The notes under the pieces were generated by a model. It was given only the letters and a program-made list of their open reading frames with translations, ran no database searches and was not told the origin of the DNA. 64,000 nucleotides of DNA, from contig JBLWTJ010000001.1 in NCBI GenBank assembly GCA_048270185.1, positions 928,001 through 992,000 on the forward strand. The letters run 5' to 3'. This DNA is from Bacteriovoracaceae bacterium. Its GTDB lineage: Bacteria > Bdellovibrionota > Bacteriovoracia > Bacteriovoracales > Bacteriovoracaceae. A program made the position numbers and the translations under genes. Of this stretch, positions 39,377 to 49,101 are shown in pieces. Position 1 is the stretch's first letter, and the number at the start of each line of letters is the position of its first letter.

Positions 39377-41035
39377 ATGACACCTAATAAGGTCAAGCAT
39401 AGTGAAGACGTCAGTTCTACACTCAAGAATAAATTTATCCAACTTACAATAAAGAAACCCGAAAATATCAAAAACGATATTCTTTCAGGTCTTACTGTTG
39501 CACTAGCACTCGTTCCAGAGGCCATTGCCTTCGCCTTTGTGGCAGGAGTTCACCCAAAAGTCGGTCTCTATGCTGCTTTCATGATGGGACTAATTGCTTC
39601 AATCTTTGGAGGACGTCCAGGGATGATTACAGGAGCAACTGGAGCAGTTGCCGTCATCTTCGCACCACTTGTTTATAAGATGATGGAGATGAGTAAGGCC
39701 CAAGGAATGAGTTTTGAAGCGGCCATGGAAGTTTCACTTTCTTACCTCTTTGCCGCTGTTATTTTAATGGGAGTTATTCAAATTCTCTTTGGTGTACTTA
39801 AACTTGGTAAATTTATTCGCCTCGTTCCACATCCAGTTATGCTTGGATTTGTTAATGGTCTTGCCATCATTATCTTCCGCGCACAATTTAGCCAATTCAC
39901 TGTTGGAGGAGAACTTCTTCCAAGTCCACAATTGATGGTGATGTGTGGTCTTATTGCTCTGACAATGGGAATAAGTATTTTTCTTCCAAAGCTTACAAAA
40001 GCGGTTCCAGCAACACTTGTTGGTATTCTTGTTTCAACGGCAATTGGATTCTTCGTTAATCAATCGAATCCTGGACTTGTTAGAACAGTACTTGATTTCG
40101 TTCAAGACCAAGATAAAACAATTACAACAATTGCAGCGGGACTTCCATCATTTGCCATTCCTCAGATTCCAGCAACAATGGATGCCTTTATGTTCATCCT
40201 GCCATTCGCTCTACTTGCAGCGGCCGTAGGACTTATCGAATCTCTTATGACACTTCAACTTGTTGATGAGTTAACAGATACTCGTGGACAAGGAAATCGT
40301 GAGTGTGTTGGGCAAGGCCTTGGAAACGTTGTTAATGGTTTCTTTGGTGGTATGGGTGGTTGTGCCATGATTGGACAATCAATGATTAATATTCGCGGTG
40401 GTGGACGAGGACGTCTATCAGGAATTACTGCAGCTGTTCTTCTTCTATTCTTCGTTCTCTTTGGTGCCCCTCTTATTGAGATGATTCCACTTGGAGCACT
40501 TGTTGGTGTTATGTTCATGGTTGTTATCGGAACATTTGAGTGGTCAAGCTTAAGACTATTTAAAAAGATTCCAATGTCTGACCTTCTTGTAATCATCCTA
40601 GTTTCTGTTGTGACGATTCTAGCTGACCTTGCCATTGCGGTTCTTGTTGGTATCGTTGTTTCGGCCCTGGTTTTTGCATGGGAGCACGGAAAGGTTATGC
40701 ACGCTAAGAAGCGTGAAGAAAATGATAAGACGATTTATGAACTTGAAGGTCCACTCTTCTTTGGTTCGGTGACTTCATTTAAAGATCTTTTTGATTTTAA
40801 AGAAGACAAAGAACACGTTGTGATTGATTTTGATAACTCACGTGTTTGGGACCACTCAGGAATTGAGGCCCTACAAAATATCACAGAACGCTACGCACAA
40901 GTTGGCAAGAAATTGCACCTTCTTAATCTAAGTAAAGATTGTGAGCTTTTATTAGATCGCGCAGCTAATATTGTGGAACTATCTGTAATTGCGGAGCTTG
41001 AGGGCCATATTGCAGACGATCGACTCGATGGGTAA
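39377..41035 (+). CDS. SulP family anion transporter with STAS domain
   Basis: SGLTVALALVPEAIAF, GGRPGMI, GGCAMIGQS, GPLFFGS. Confidence 0.93.
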   Translation: MTPNKVKHSEDVSSTLKNKFIQLTIKKPENIKNDILSGLTVALALVPEAIAFAFVAGVHPKVGLYAAFMMGLIASIFGGRPGMITGATGAVAVIFAPLVYKMMEMSKAQGMSFEAAMEVSLSYLFAAVILMGVIQILFGVLKLGKFIRLVPHPVMLGFVNGLAIIIFRAQFSQFTVGGELLPSPQLMVMCGLIALTMGISIFLPKLTKAVPATLVGILVSTAIGFFVNQSNPGLVRTVLDFVQDQDKTITTIAAGLPSFAIPQIPATMDAFMFILPFALLAAAVGLIESLMTLQLVDELTDTRGQGNRECVGQGLGNVVNGFFGGMGGCAMIGQSMINIRGGGRGRLSGITAAVLLLFFVLFGAPLIEMIPLGALVGVMFMVVIGTFEWSSLRLFKKIPMSDLLVIILVSVVTILADLAIAVLVGIVVSALVFAWEHGKVMHAKKREENDKTIYELEGPLFFGSVTSFKDLFDFKEDKEHVVIDFDNSRVWDHSGIEALQNITERYAQVGKKLHLLNLSKDCELLLDRAANIVELSVIAELEGHIADDRLDG

Positions 41036-41127
41036 TAAATTTTTTAGCTAAACGCCTCGACAAAGAGGCCGTTTTCCTAAACAATTATTGAATACATAAA
41101 ATTAAAAGATTTCAAAAGGATTGAATC

Positions 41128-41457
41128 ATGACTGAAGCAAAAGGACTTAAGAAGCCAGTTAAACTAAAAGCAGACCTAGCAGCAATGCTAAATGAAACTG
41201 AACTTCCAAGAACTGAAATTACAAAGAAACTATGGGATTATATCAAAGGTAAAGGCCTTCAAACTAAGACTGAAGGTGGAAAGCCAGAAAATGCAGGAAA
41301 GTTCATCGTTGCTGATGCGACTCTTCTTCCAATTTTCAAGAACACTTTCTCAACTTCTAAGTCAGGAAAAGTAACTGACCTAAGAAATATGAAAGAAGGT
41401 GAAACAATTGATATGATGCAAATGGCGGCCGTTGTTGGTGCTAACATCGAAAAATAA
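41128..41457 (+). CDS. Standalone SWIB/MDM2 domain protein
   Basis: LAAML...LPRTEITKKLWDYIK.KGLQ..I.AD..L..IF..IDMMQM. Confidence 0.85.
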   Translation: MTEAKGLKKPVKLKADLAAMLNETELPRTEITKKLWDYIKGKGLQTKTEGGKPENAGKFIVADATLLPIFKNTFSTSKSGKVTDLRNMKEGETIDMMQMAAVVGANIEK

Positions 41458-41482
41458 TCACTGATTACATTTTCAAATAAAG

Positions 41483-41509
41483 AAGGGACCTCATGTGGGT
41501 CCCTTTTTT
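41483..41509 (+). terminator. Intrinsic terminator
   Basis: aagggacc-N7-ggtccctt followed by T-run. Confidence 0.8.
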
Positions 41510-41558
41510 AATAATAAATTTCAACTTCACCTTTTTCTGGCTTAAGGAGCTTTTAACT

Positions 41559-42377
41559 TTAGTGAGTAACTGGGCCACCGGAAACCTCTGTAATTAGCCA
41601 GCGTTTTTCACCTATTTCTTTTATAAATTGATAAGTAACAATAACCCAATACTCTACGTTTCCTATTTCAAGCATAACAGGAAAGCCTTCTTTTACTTTA
41701 TATTTTTTGCTATCGTACAATTCTTTCTTTTTAATCGAAGCCTTTAAGTAATTTTCAACAAATTTTTTCTTTAATAAGAAAGATTCATTAGCAAATTGTC
41801 GTTTAATAATAGGAGGATAAAAAGATGGATCTGTCGTTGGTACTTCTATATCAATATAAACCATTTCATTTAAGCAAGTCTCATCAAAACGTTTCAAACA
41901 TTTTTTTAGAGCAGTATTAAATTCTTCAAATGTTTTATAATTATTATATTTTTCACTTACCTTCAAGGCTACGTATTCCGGGCATTCAACGACTTCAACA
42001 CGATCAAAGACTTGATGTCGATCTGTTTTATCATACGAAACTTTAATGCATTTTTTCACAAAGCGATGATAGAAAACACCATCATTGACATCTTCATCTA
42101 TCCCCAAAGAGCCGTTATTTAACATTTTAATTTTCGCAGGAATAAATCGATAAGTTTTATTCTTGTCACAAGTAACATCACGTAAAAACTTCCCATAAAA
42201 CTGAATCTCTTCTAGTTTCAATTTTTCCTTAGTAAAGCGACAAGTAGGACTCTGATACAAAAGTGATTCGAATGATACTCCCGCCTTAGACAAATCTTCG
42301 ACAGGCTTGTACACGGTATCTTCAGCTTGTATATGCAAGCAAAAACTGAGAATAAAGAAGATAAAGATTTTTTTCAT
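41559..42377 (-). CDS. Secreted hypothetical protein
   Basis: Signal peptide, SD AAGGA, several Cys; AT-rich. Confidence 0.6.
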   Translation of the reverse strand: MKKIFIFFILSFCLHIQAEDTVYKPVEDLSKAGVSFESLLYQSPTCRFTKEKLKLEEIQFYGKFLRDVTCDKNKTYRFIPAKIKMLNNGSLGIDEDVNDGVFYHRFVKKCIKVSYDKTDRHQVFDRVEVVECPEYVALKVSEKYNNYKTFEEFNTALKKCLKRFDETCLNEMVYIDIEVPTTDPSFYPPIIKRQFANESFLLKKKFVENYLKASIKKKELYDSKKYKVKEGFPVMLEIGNVEYWVIVTYQFIKEIGEKRWLITEVSGGPVTH

Positions 42378-42431
42378 ATTATTTCCTTATAGACGAGGAA
42401 TTAAGTACTAGGAAGAGTTTTAGCAAACGTA

Positions 42432-43286
42432 TTACTTACTTTGAACAGTATAACCATGAGAATCGAGTATCGGGTAAAGCTTTTCATAAAATTCTCCCAA
42501 GCTAGTAAGTTCACCCTTATAAATATTAAAATCAATATAATCTTTATATATTTCTCTATAGTTATTCTTAAAACGCTCTTTATCAACTATTTGATATGTC
42601 TTTCTGGCGGGGTTTATAAATGAAGAATTATCGACTTCAAGAGAAAACAAATCATCTTCACTCAAGTCTAACCTTTTACAAAATATACGAACTGCTTCCC
42701 CGAAGTGCTTAGCAGAAAATGTTGACAAATATTCATTTTCACTAAGTTTCTTCTTACGTAAAGATGTATTAAAAGCTAAATCAACCGCTTTCCCCGTAAA
42801 ATAATGGTCGAAACGTGAATCCGATTCAAAATGGTACATCCAGATACCACTATTTTCTCCACCCACTATTCTTGAATTAAAGTGTTTGTTCGAGTACATC
42901 ATTTCTAAACATGATAAAGAGTCGATGTACCACCTCTTTATAGAGATATAGTTTTTATCAGATGGGTCAAGATTCAGATTGGCATATAAAGCCTCTCCCC
43001 AATTCATATAAGCCTTCAAAAGCTTTTTATCTTTATGGTAGATCTTCAAATTACCATATGCTTCAATATCATCTCTAATATTATTTGAATTCTTATCTTC
43101 ACCTAAGATAGTTTCAGTTTGATCCTGATATTCAGCATCTAGCTTTATCGCATTTTGAAAAAATATTCCATATAAGAACATTGGAGCGACAACAATAAGA
43201 GCTAAAATAAATCCAAACAAAGCAATTATTTTTTGAGGAAGCCCAAGGTATAGGCTAATTGCAACGAGCCATTTATTAAGGTTCAT
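42432..43286 (-). CDS. Membrane-anchored hypothetical protein with DxNxNxIRDD motif
   Basis: N-terminal TM; GEDKNSNNIRDDIEAY; AT-rich. Confidence 0.6.
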   Translation of the reverse strand: MNLNKWLVAISLYLGLPQKIIALFGFILALIVVAPMFLYGIFFQNAIKLDAEYQDQTETILGEDKNSNNIRDDIEAYGNLKIYHKDKKLLKAYMNWGEALYANLNLDPSDKNYISIKRWYIDSLSCLEMMYSNKHFNSRIVGGENSGIWMYHFESDSRFDHYFTGKAVDLAFNTSLRKKKLSENEYLSTFSAKHFGEAVRIFCKRLDLSEDDLFSLEVDNSSFINPARKTYQIVDKERFKNNYREIYKDYIDFNIYKGELTSLGEFYEKLYPILDSHGYTVQSK

Positions 43287-43437
43287 TTAATATTTCCTAA
43301 TCTATATTATCTTACAAATTCTTATCGGAACAAATCTCACAAAATATTATTGACGTTAAAAAGAAATTCACCCCACTAGGCATAGGGCAATTGAGAGTTT
43401 ACCTATAGAAATTCTAAAGAAAGATGGTGAGCAAGAC

Positions 43438-44562
43438 TTATTTATCACCCTTACGCTTGATCTCAACTTTTAAGTCGCGCTCAATTTTCTTGAGGAGTTT
43501 TTCTTCCTCAGGAGCAACGTAAGAGATGGCAACACCACGGCGTCCGGCGCGCGCTGTACGGCCAATACGGTGAGTGTAATTCTCACTTATATTTGGTAGG
43601 TGGAAGTTAATGATATAGCCAATATTGTCCACATCAATTCCGCGGGCAGCGATATCAGTTGCAACTAAGACATCGACCTTACCTTTTTTGAATTCACGAA
43701 GAACAAAGATGCGCTCGCTCTGCTGCTTATCAGAGTGAATGGCACGGGCCTTAATTTGGGCGTCAGCAAGTTTACGTGTCAGCTTATTAGCAAGGGACTT
43801 TGTTTTCACAAAGACAATGAGGTTTTTAACATTGCGATCTTTGATGAATTTAATTAAGAAATTTGGCTTATCTTCTTCACGACAAAAATAAGCTATCTGC
43901 TTAATACGTTCAATACCCGTATTCACTTCTTCGATCTCAATTTTAAGTGGATCGTTTAATAGATCCTTGGCGATGGCCTCAACTTTCTTTGCCATCGTCG
44001 CCGAAAACATTAAAGAAGTCTTCTTACTTGGAAGCTTAGCTAAAATGGCCTCAATATCATTTTGAAAACCCATATCAAGCATACGATCAGCTTCATCAAG
44101 AATAAGATATTCAAGTTCATCAAAGAAGACTTGATCTTCATTCATTAAATCAAGCAGACGCCCAGGAGTTGCAACGAGAAGTTGAACTCCCTTAGAGAGA
44201 TCCTTAACTTGCATCTTACGACTTGAGCCACCAAAGACACTAACGGTATTTAGGGCCAGACCCTTTCCGTAATCTTTTAGACTTTGCTCCACTTGCATGG
44301 CAAGTTCTCTTGTTGGCACAAGGATGAGTGAGCGCGTATGAAAAGGCTTCATCTTCTTCTTATTTGTTGAAAGATTGTGTAGCAGTGGCAGGCAAAAGGC
44401 GGCCGTCTTTCCACTTCCAGTTTGTGAAAGAGCAATCAAATCACGTCCTTCAATGACAGGAGTAATCGCCTGCTCTTGAATCGGAGTTGGAGTGGTGTAA
44501 CCCTTTTTAGAGAGGGCCTCGAGTATTGTTGGAGCAAGCCCCAGATCTTTAAATTCTGCCAT
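43438..44562 (-). CDS. DEAD-box RNA helicase (RhlE-like, short C-terminus)
   Basis: Q motif PTPIQ, SQTGSGKT, PTRELA, DEAD, SAT, ARGID, HRIGRTARAG. Confidence 0.95.
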   Translation of the reverse strand: MAEFKDLGLAPTILEALSKKGYTTPTPIQEQAITPVIEGRDLIALSQTGSGKTAAFCLPLLHNLSTNKKKMKPFHTRSLILVPTRELAMQVEQSLKDYGKGLALNTVSVFGGSSRKMQVKDLSKGVQLLVATPGRLLDLMNEDQVFFDELEYLILDEADRMLDMGFQNDIEAILAKLPSKKTSLMFSATMAKKVEAIAKDLLNDPLKIEIEEVNTGIERIKQIAYFCREEDKPNFLIKFIKDRNVKNLIVFVKTKSLANKLTRKLADAQIKARAIHSDKQQSERIFVLREFKKGKVDVLVATDIAARGIDVDNIGYIINFHLPNISENYTHRIGRTARAGRRGVAISYVAPEEEKLLKKIERDLKVEIKRKGDK

Positions 44563-44587
44563 TCGTCATTTTTAGCAGAAATGTGGA

Positions 44588-45172
44588 TTATTGGCCACTA
44601 AGACTTAGATGAAATTTAATGATAATCGTATCATCAAGGCGTGCATACCAAGGAGAGGTATTGTTAATATCCAACTCATTTAAAGATAAGAAACACTGGC
44701 CAAGAACCATGGTCTTATTTCCTCCCTCCATTTTGGCGAGGTAGAGCTTAATTGGATGTTTAAGGCCTAGTATTGAGATGGTTCCATCAGTTTCTCCATC
44801 AAAATTGACTTCACCTTTGATTTCAATCTCAATTTCTTTAAAGCGATCTGTAAGGAGATAGTCTTGATCCATGATCTCATTGCGAAATTGATCATTTATA
44901 TCAAGAGAGCTACTTGGAATCGTAAGCTTTAAGTCACTGATTACCAATTCCCAGCGTCTGGTCTTAGACTTGAATTCAATATGTGCTTTCTTGGCAACAC
45001 CTTCGCTTGAAGTTGTCACAAGTCCTGCGTTTGTTGTTTTCAAATAGAAGGAAATACGATTCTTTCCAAGAAGAGCGTCGCGATAGGAGTCATGAGAGAT
45101 TTGAATGATGTCCTTTGCAACTGTAGTAAGTTGCACTGCAAGCATCACAAAAATGGATAGTATTAATCGCAT
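44588..45172 (-). CDS. YceI-like lipid/polyisoprenoid-binding protein (paralog 2)
   Basis: Signal peptide from ATG 45172; IPSSSLDINDQFRN..L....F; clear similarity to the neighbouring paralog. Confidence 0.65.
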   Translation of the reverse strand: MRLILSIFVMLAVQLTTVAKDIIQISHDSYRDALLGKNRISFYLKTTNAGLVTTSSEGVAKKAHIEFKSKTRRWELVISDLKLTIPSSSLDINDQFRNEIMDQDYLLTDRFKEIEIEIKGEVNFDGETDGTISILGLKHPIKLYLAKMEGGNKTMVLGQCFLSLNELDINNTSPWYARLDDTIIIKFHLSLSGQ

Positions 45173-45285
45173 GAAAAACTCTCCCAATAACCCATTATAT
45201 CGGCAGAATGATTTAAAAGAATTCGATGCAATTATGGGAGAAAGAATCACCAACTTAGAAAGTTAGGGCATTCAAACGCCCATAA

Positions 45286-45314
45286 ATCTGTGCAAGTTTT
45301 CACTGAGCACAGAT
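45286..45314 (-). terminator. Hairpin between the two YceI genes, possible end of the PKS operon
   Basis: atctgtgc-N13-gcacagat. Confidence 0.4.
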
Positions 45315-45342
45315 AATTGGTAAATAGCAGAAATTACAACGA

Positions 45343-45918
45343 CTAATTCCCTAACGTAATATGAAACTTGACGATGACATTATCATCTACTGTTGCAATC
45401 CAAATTGATGGATCAGGAATTTCAAGCTTCTTCAATGAAAGAAAGCTTTGCCCAATAAGCATCAGCTTTCCCTCACCTTCTTTCTTAGAGATATGAACCA
45501 TAATTTCATGCTTCTTACCTAAGATTGTGATCATTGCCTTATTTTCCTTCTCAAATTTAACAGGGCCTTTGATGTCAATTTGAATGTCATTGTACTTATC
45601 GACTTGTAAGCATTTCTCATACATCTTCTTATTACGAGAATTATTATCTGTATCAAGAGAACGACTTGGAATAACGAGATGAATATCCCTTAGTGTTAAT
45701 TTTTTTCTCTTATGATTGCTATTGTAATGAATAGAGAAACTCTTTGCGACACCTTCAAATGAAGTTGTAATCATCCCCGCCTTTGTGGACTTCATATAGA
45801 ATGTTATATTACTGGGACCAACGAGGGCATCATCATAAGAGCTGTAGTTCAAATCTAGTTTTTCACGAGCAAGAATCGTACTTGAGAATAATAACATTAT
45901 TAAGAAGTAGAATTTCAT
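45343..45918 (-). CDS. YceI-like lipid/polyisoprenoid-binding protein (paralog 1)
   Basis: Signal peptide; SLDTDNNSRNKKM..L...Y YceI motif, ITILGKKH. Confidence 0.75.
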   Translation of the reverse strand: MKFYFLIMLLFSSTILAREKLDLNYSSYDDALVGPSNITFYMKSTKAGMITTSFEGVAKSFSIHYNSNHKRKKLTLRDIHLVIPSRSLDTDNNSRNKKMYEKCLQVDKYNDIQIDIKGPVKFEKENKAMITILGKKHEIMVHISKKEGEGKLMLIGQSFLSLKKLEIPDPSIWIATVDDNVIVKFHITLGN

Positions 45919-45928
45919 ATTTCTCCCT

Positions 45929-47080
45929 TTAAAAAAATAAAATCTTCTTTAGGCCCTGCAGAGGCGAATAAATATTACCAATTATACCAATAAAGGCGTC
46001 TCTTCTTTGTTTACTTTTGTTTAAGAATTTAGCGATGAACTCAATAAGTCTTGCATGTTTAATAAGCCACTGAAAACCGTTATTTAAAACTGACTTCTGC
46101 TGAAACTCACGCATCTTGGCGCTGCGATAATTCATGAGAGCGTTCGTAAAAGAAAGTAAGCTCGTATCAGCTTCTAATGCTTCCCAAAGTAAATTTGCAG
46201 TACGAAGAGCATTAAAAATTCCCTCTCCTGTTATGGGGTCAACAAATCCTGCAGCATCACCAATTAGGGCCAGATTATGACCAATGATATCTGAGACTCG
46301 ATGTTCAATTGGAAAGCTTGAGTGGATTTGGGTATCAGGACTAAGAGTTACCTTAACACCATTATTTGAAAGCTTCTTAAGATAGTACTCAAAAGTTTTT
46401 CTAGTATTTCCATGCTCTTTGACAACTTCAGGATTGCACACGAGAGAAATATTTAACTCTTCGTCACCGATGGGATCAAGGCCAATATAGCTGCCGTCAT
46501 CAAAGATATGCATCTGACCTTTACGCCTTAGTGGCCGATCAATTTTAACCCACGAGTGTATGGCAATTCGCTTACTCTTAGCAGGGATCGTAAGTCCTAC
46601 ACTCTTTGCAACAAATGAATTGCGTCCATCAGCGCCAACTAAGAGTCTGCCACAATAAGACTCATCATCACTTGTCCAAACTTGCCAATAATTACCCTGA
46701 CAAACTATTTTGGTAATGGTCTTTCCTAATTTTATTTGAGCACCAGTACTTAGGGCCACATCAAAGAGGGCCTGATCAAAGAATTGGCGGTTAACACTTA
46801 TTCCGAATCGCTCTTCAGGAAAGTCTGTATCAACTTCAGTTGCTTTTGGTGTATAGATTTTCATGCCACTAAGCTTTGGAAATTTATCTGCGATAAATGA
46901 GAGGTTCATTTTATTTAATTCCTCAACCCCTAGAGGACACAGATATTCACCACATACTTTTCTTTTAATTTCTCTAGATCGATCAAGAACTAAAACTTCA
47001 CGCCCATTCTTACTCATCAGATGAGCGAGACTTGATCCAGCAGGGCCTGCCCCAATAATAATGGCATCATAGATTTTCAT
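45929..47080 (-). CDS. FAD-dependent oxidoreductase (geranylgeranyl reductase/flavin monooxygenase-like)
   Basis: IIGAGPAGS, RKVCGE, R..FD..L, VGADG..S, IGDAAGFVDPITGEGI; ATG 47080. Confidence 0.85.
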   Translation of the reverse strand: MKIYDAIIIGAGPAGSSLAHLMSKNGREVLVLDRSREIKRKVCGEYLCPLGVEELNKMNLSFIADKFPKLSGMKIYTPKATEVDTDFPEERFGISVNRQFFDQALFDVALSTGAQIKLGKTITKIVCQGNYWQVWTSDDESYCGRLLVGADGRNSFVAKSVGLTIPAKSKRIAIHSWVKIDRPLRRKGQMHIFDDGSYIGLDPIGDEELNISLVCNPEVVKEHGNTRKTFEYYLKKLSNNGVKVTLSPDTQIHSSFPIEHRVSDIIGHNLALIGDAAGFVDPITGEGIFNALRTANLLWEALEADTSLLSFTNALMNYRSAKMREFQQKSVLNNGFQWLIKHARLIEFIAKFLNKSKQRRDAFIGIIGNIYSPLQGLKKILFF

Positions 47081-49100
47081 ATTGCACCTTCTTATATTGA
47101 CTATTCCCCAAGTACATTGTTGGAAGGACAAAGAGATCAAAGATCATTCCGCAAAATAAAATGAAAGCGAGATTAATGCCAAATTCACGTATTGGCAGAA
47201 AGCTATAGAGACTAAAGAGAGAGAATGAAAAGATTAAAATGAATGAACTTGTCACAACAGGAGTGACAATTGTTTCTATAAATCTTTGAAAGTCGATTTC
47301 TTCTTGTTCTAAGAAGTGAAGAATATGGAATGTACTATCAACAACCATACCTAGCCCCACACTATAGGTCATAACCGTTGCAATATTGAGGGACATGTTA
47401 AAGAAGTAGATAAAGAATAGAGATAAGCCAAGTGGCAAGGTATTGACCACGATAAAGATCACAAAGAGTTTAAGCTTCTTAAGACTTACAACTGCAATGG
47501 TTGCCATAATAAGAAGACTTAGAAGAAAGCTCTTTGCTAGCGTATGGACCATCTCTCTTTGAGAGATCATAAGATTATAGTAGAGACCATCGATTTTATA
47601 ATCATGGCCCTTAAGAGTTTGTCTCACCTGTGCGATCATCTCATCATATTGATCCACATTAACAGGCTTACCAAGTAATGTTATTTTATAGCCTTCACTT
47701 CCTATTGGATAAGCACTCTTGATTCCATCCGGAGCTTTTGAATAAAGGGCGGTATAGGCAAAGTGATTATCTGGTAGAGCATCAATTCCTGCGTAGTCCT
47801 TATTCATTTCCTTAATCACTTGGTTTTGAGAAATGAGGTGCACTCCTTCAATGGAGCTTAAACGATCTTCCACTTGGGCAAGCTTTAAACGATATTTGAA
47901 GTCGAGTCCTTCTTCAGGTGTTTTAAATCCAATTTCTGCGATTGGAACGCCACCAGTTACTTTTAAGACTTCTTGGAAGTTCTTTTGGATTTTCGAGTCC
48001 TTGGCAAAGTACTTTGTTGCATCAGTGACAATGTTGACCTTCTCACTACCAAGTCCTCCAAGGATAAGGGAGATAAGACACAGTCCAATTATTGTGATGA
48101 TTGAGAAAGACTTTGTTGGGTACTTAGAAAGCTTTACGTTGATAACTTCTTTGTAAGTAAGATATTCACTAATACTCATAAGCCAAAGTGCTGAAACGAG
48201 AGTTGTTAAGACGATGAGTATTCCACTTAATAGGCCAAAGATTCGAATAACAAAAATCTCACTCGTGTACAATGAGAGAAAGCCCACAAAAGTAGTAATG
48301 AGCATAAGAGAAATTGGCTTAAATTTTTCATATAGAGCGCTTTTTATACTCTTTGTCTTAATTGCACTGAAGTAGATATGCTGACCTAAAGAGAGGTTTA
48401 TAACAAAGGCCATAAGAGGCACGATTGATGTCACCATATTCATATTTGTATAGAAGAATTTAATACTTGAAAGCGATAGAAGCGCACTAAAGAGGCATGG
48501 GATAAAGAGAAGTGCAGCATCTTTTATTGATCTGACAAAGAACCAAATAAGAAAGAAGGAAAAGACAAACATGATGGGAAAGAGACGCTCTTGAACTAAG
48601 CTTGAAGCATCATCCAAGAGGTAATTGGTGTAATCATGACCCGCACTCTCTAGTCCTAAATCACTTGTCTCAATATAGTGAACGATCTTTTTCAAACTCC
48701 CCTTCTCACCTGTATTAAAGATTAAAGCGGCCATCGTTTCATGATCGATTAACTTCTTTCCAAAAATTTTCTCATCGAATTCTTTTCGCGTTTTATAGAG
48801 ATCATGAGGATAGACAAAGCTGCACTCGTCATCGCAGATCTCTTCTATTTTTTTAATCTTTAAAAGAAAGTCTTTATAGCTTTCAAGATTAACTTGGGCT
48901 TCTTGCATATTTTCAAACACCACAAGACTTTCGGCCTCAGGGTACTCTTCTTGAAACTTGGTATATTCTCTCATTCCTTCATCAGTTAGAAAGATTGATT
49001 CAGGATTCTTTTGCTGCATCCTTGCCGTATAAATAGCAGAGGCGACAAAGGATGCGGCAAAGAGAATTAGGAATGTAAGCTTTGTGAAATTCTTATTCAC
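47067..49100 (-). CDS. MMPL/RND family lipid exporter
   Basis: Two repeats of 1+5 TM helices; LITTFVGF.SL, GMVVDSTFH, PIREFG..DLFVLP; GTG 49100 directly after the PKS stop. Confidence 0.8.
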   Translation of the reverse strand: MNKNFTKLTFLILFAASFVASAIYTARMQQKNPESIFLTDEGMREYTKFQEEYPEAESLVVFENMQEAQVNLESYKDFLLKIKKIEEICDDECSFVYPHDLYKTRKEFDEKIFGKKLIDHETMAALIFNTGEKGSLKKIVHYIETSDLGLESAGHDYTNYLLDDASSLVQERLFPIMFVFSFFLIWFFVRSIKDAALLFIPCLFSALLSLSSIKFFYTNMNMVTSIVPLMAFVINLSLGQHIYFSAIKTKSIKSALYEKFKPISLMLITTFVGFLSLYTSEIFVIRIFGLLSGILIVLTTLVSALWLMSISEYLTYKEVINVKLSKYPTKSFSIITIIGLCLISLILGGLGSEKVNIVTDATKYFAKDSKIQKNFQEVLKVTGGVPIAEIGFKTPEEGLDFKYRLKLAQVEDRLSSIEGVHLISQNQVIKEMNKDYAGIDALPDNHFAYTALYSKAPDGIKSAYPIGSEGYKITLLGKPVNVDQYDEMIAQVRQTLKGHDYKIDGLYYNLMISQREMVHTLAKSFLLSLLIMATIAVVSLKKLKLFVIFIVVNTLPLGLSLFFIYFFNMSLNIATVMTYSVGLGMVVDSTFHILHFLEQEEIDFQRFIETIVTPVVTSSFILIFSFSLFSLYSFLPIREFGINLAFILFCGMIFDLFVLPTMYLGNSQYKKVQYENL

Positions 49101-49101
49101 C

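Noticed and set aside
8482..41457. Eukaryote-like chromatin system (HDAC family plus SWIB domain)
   Set aside because: The genes are over 30 kb apart and both families are widespread in bacteria; nothing links them.
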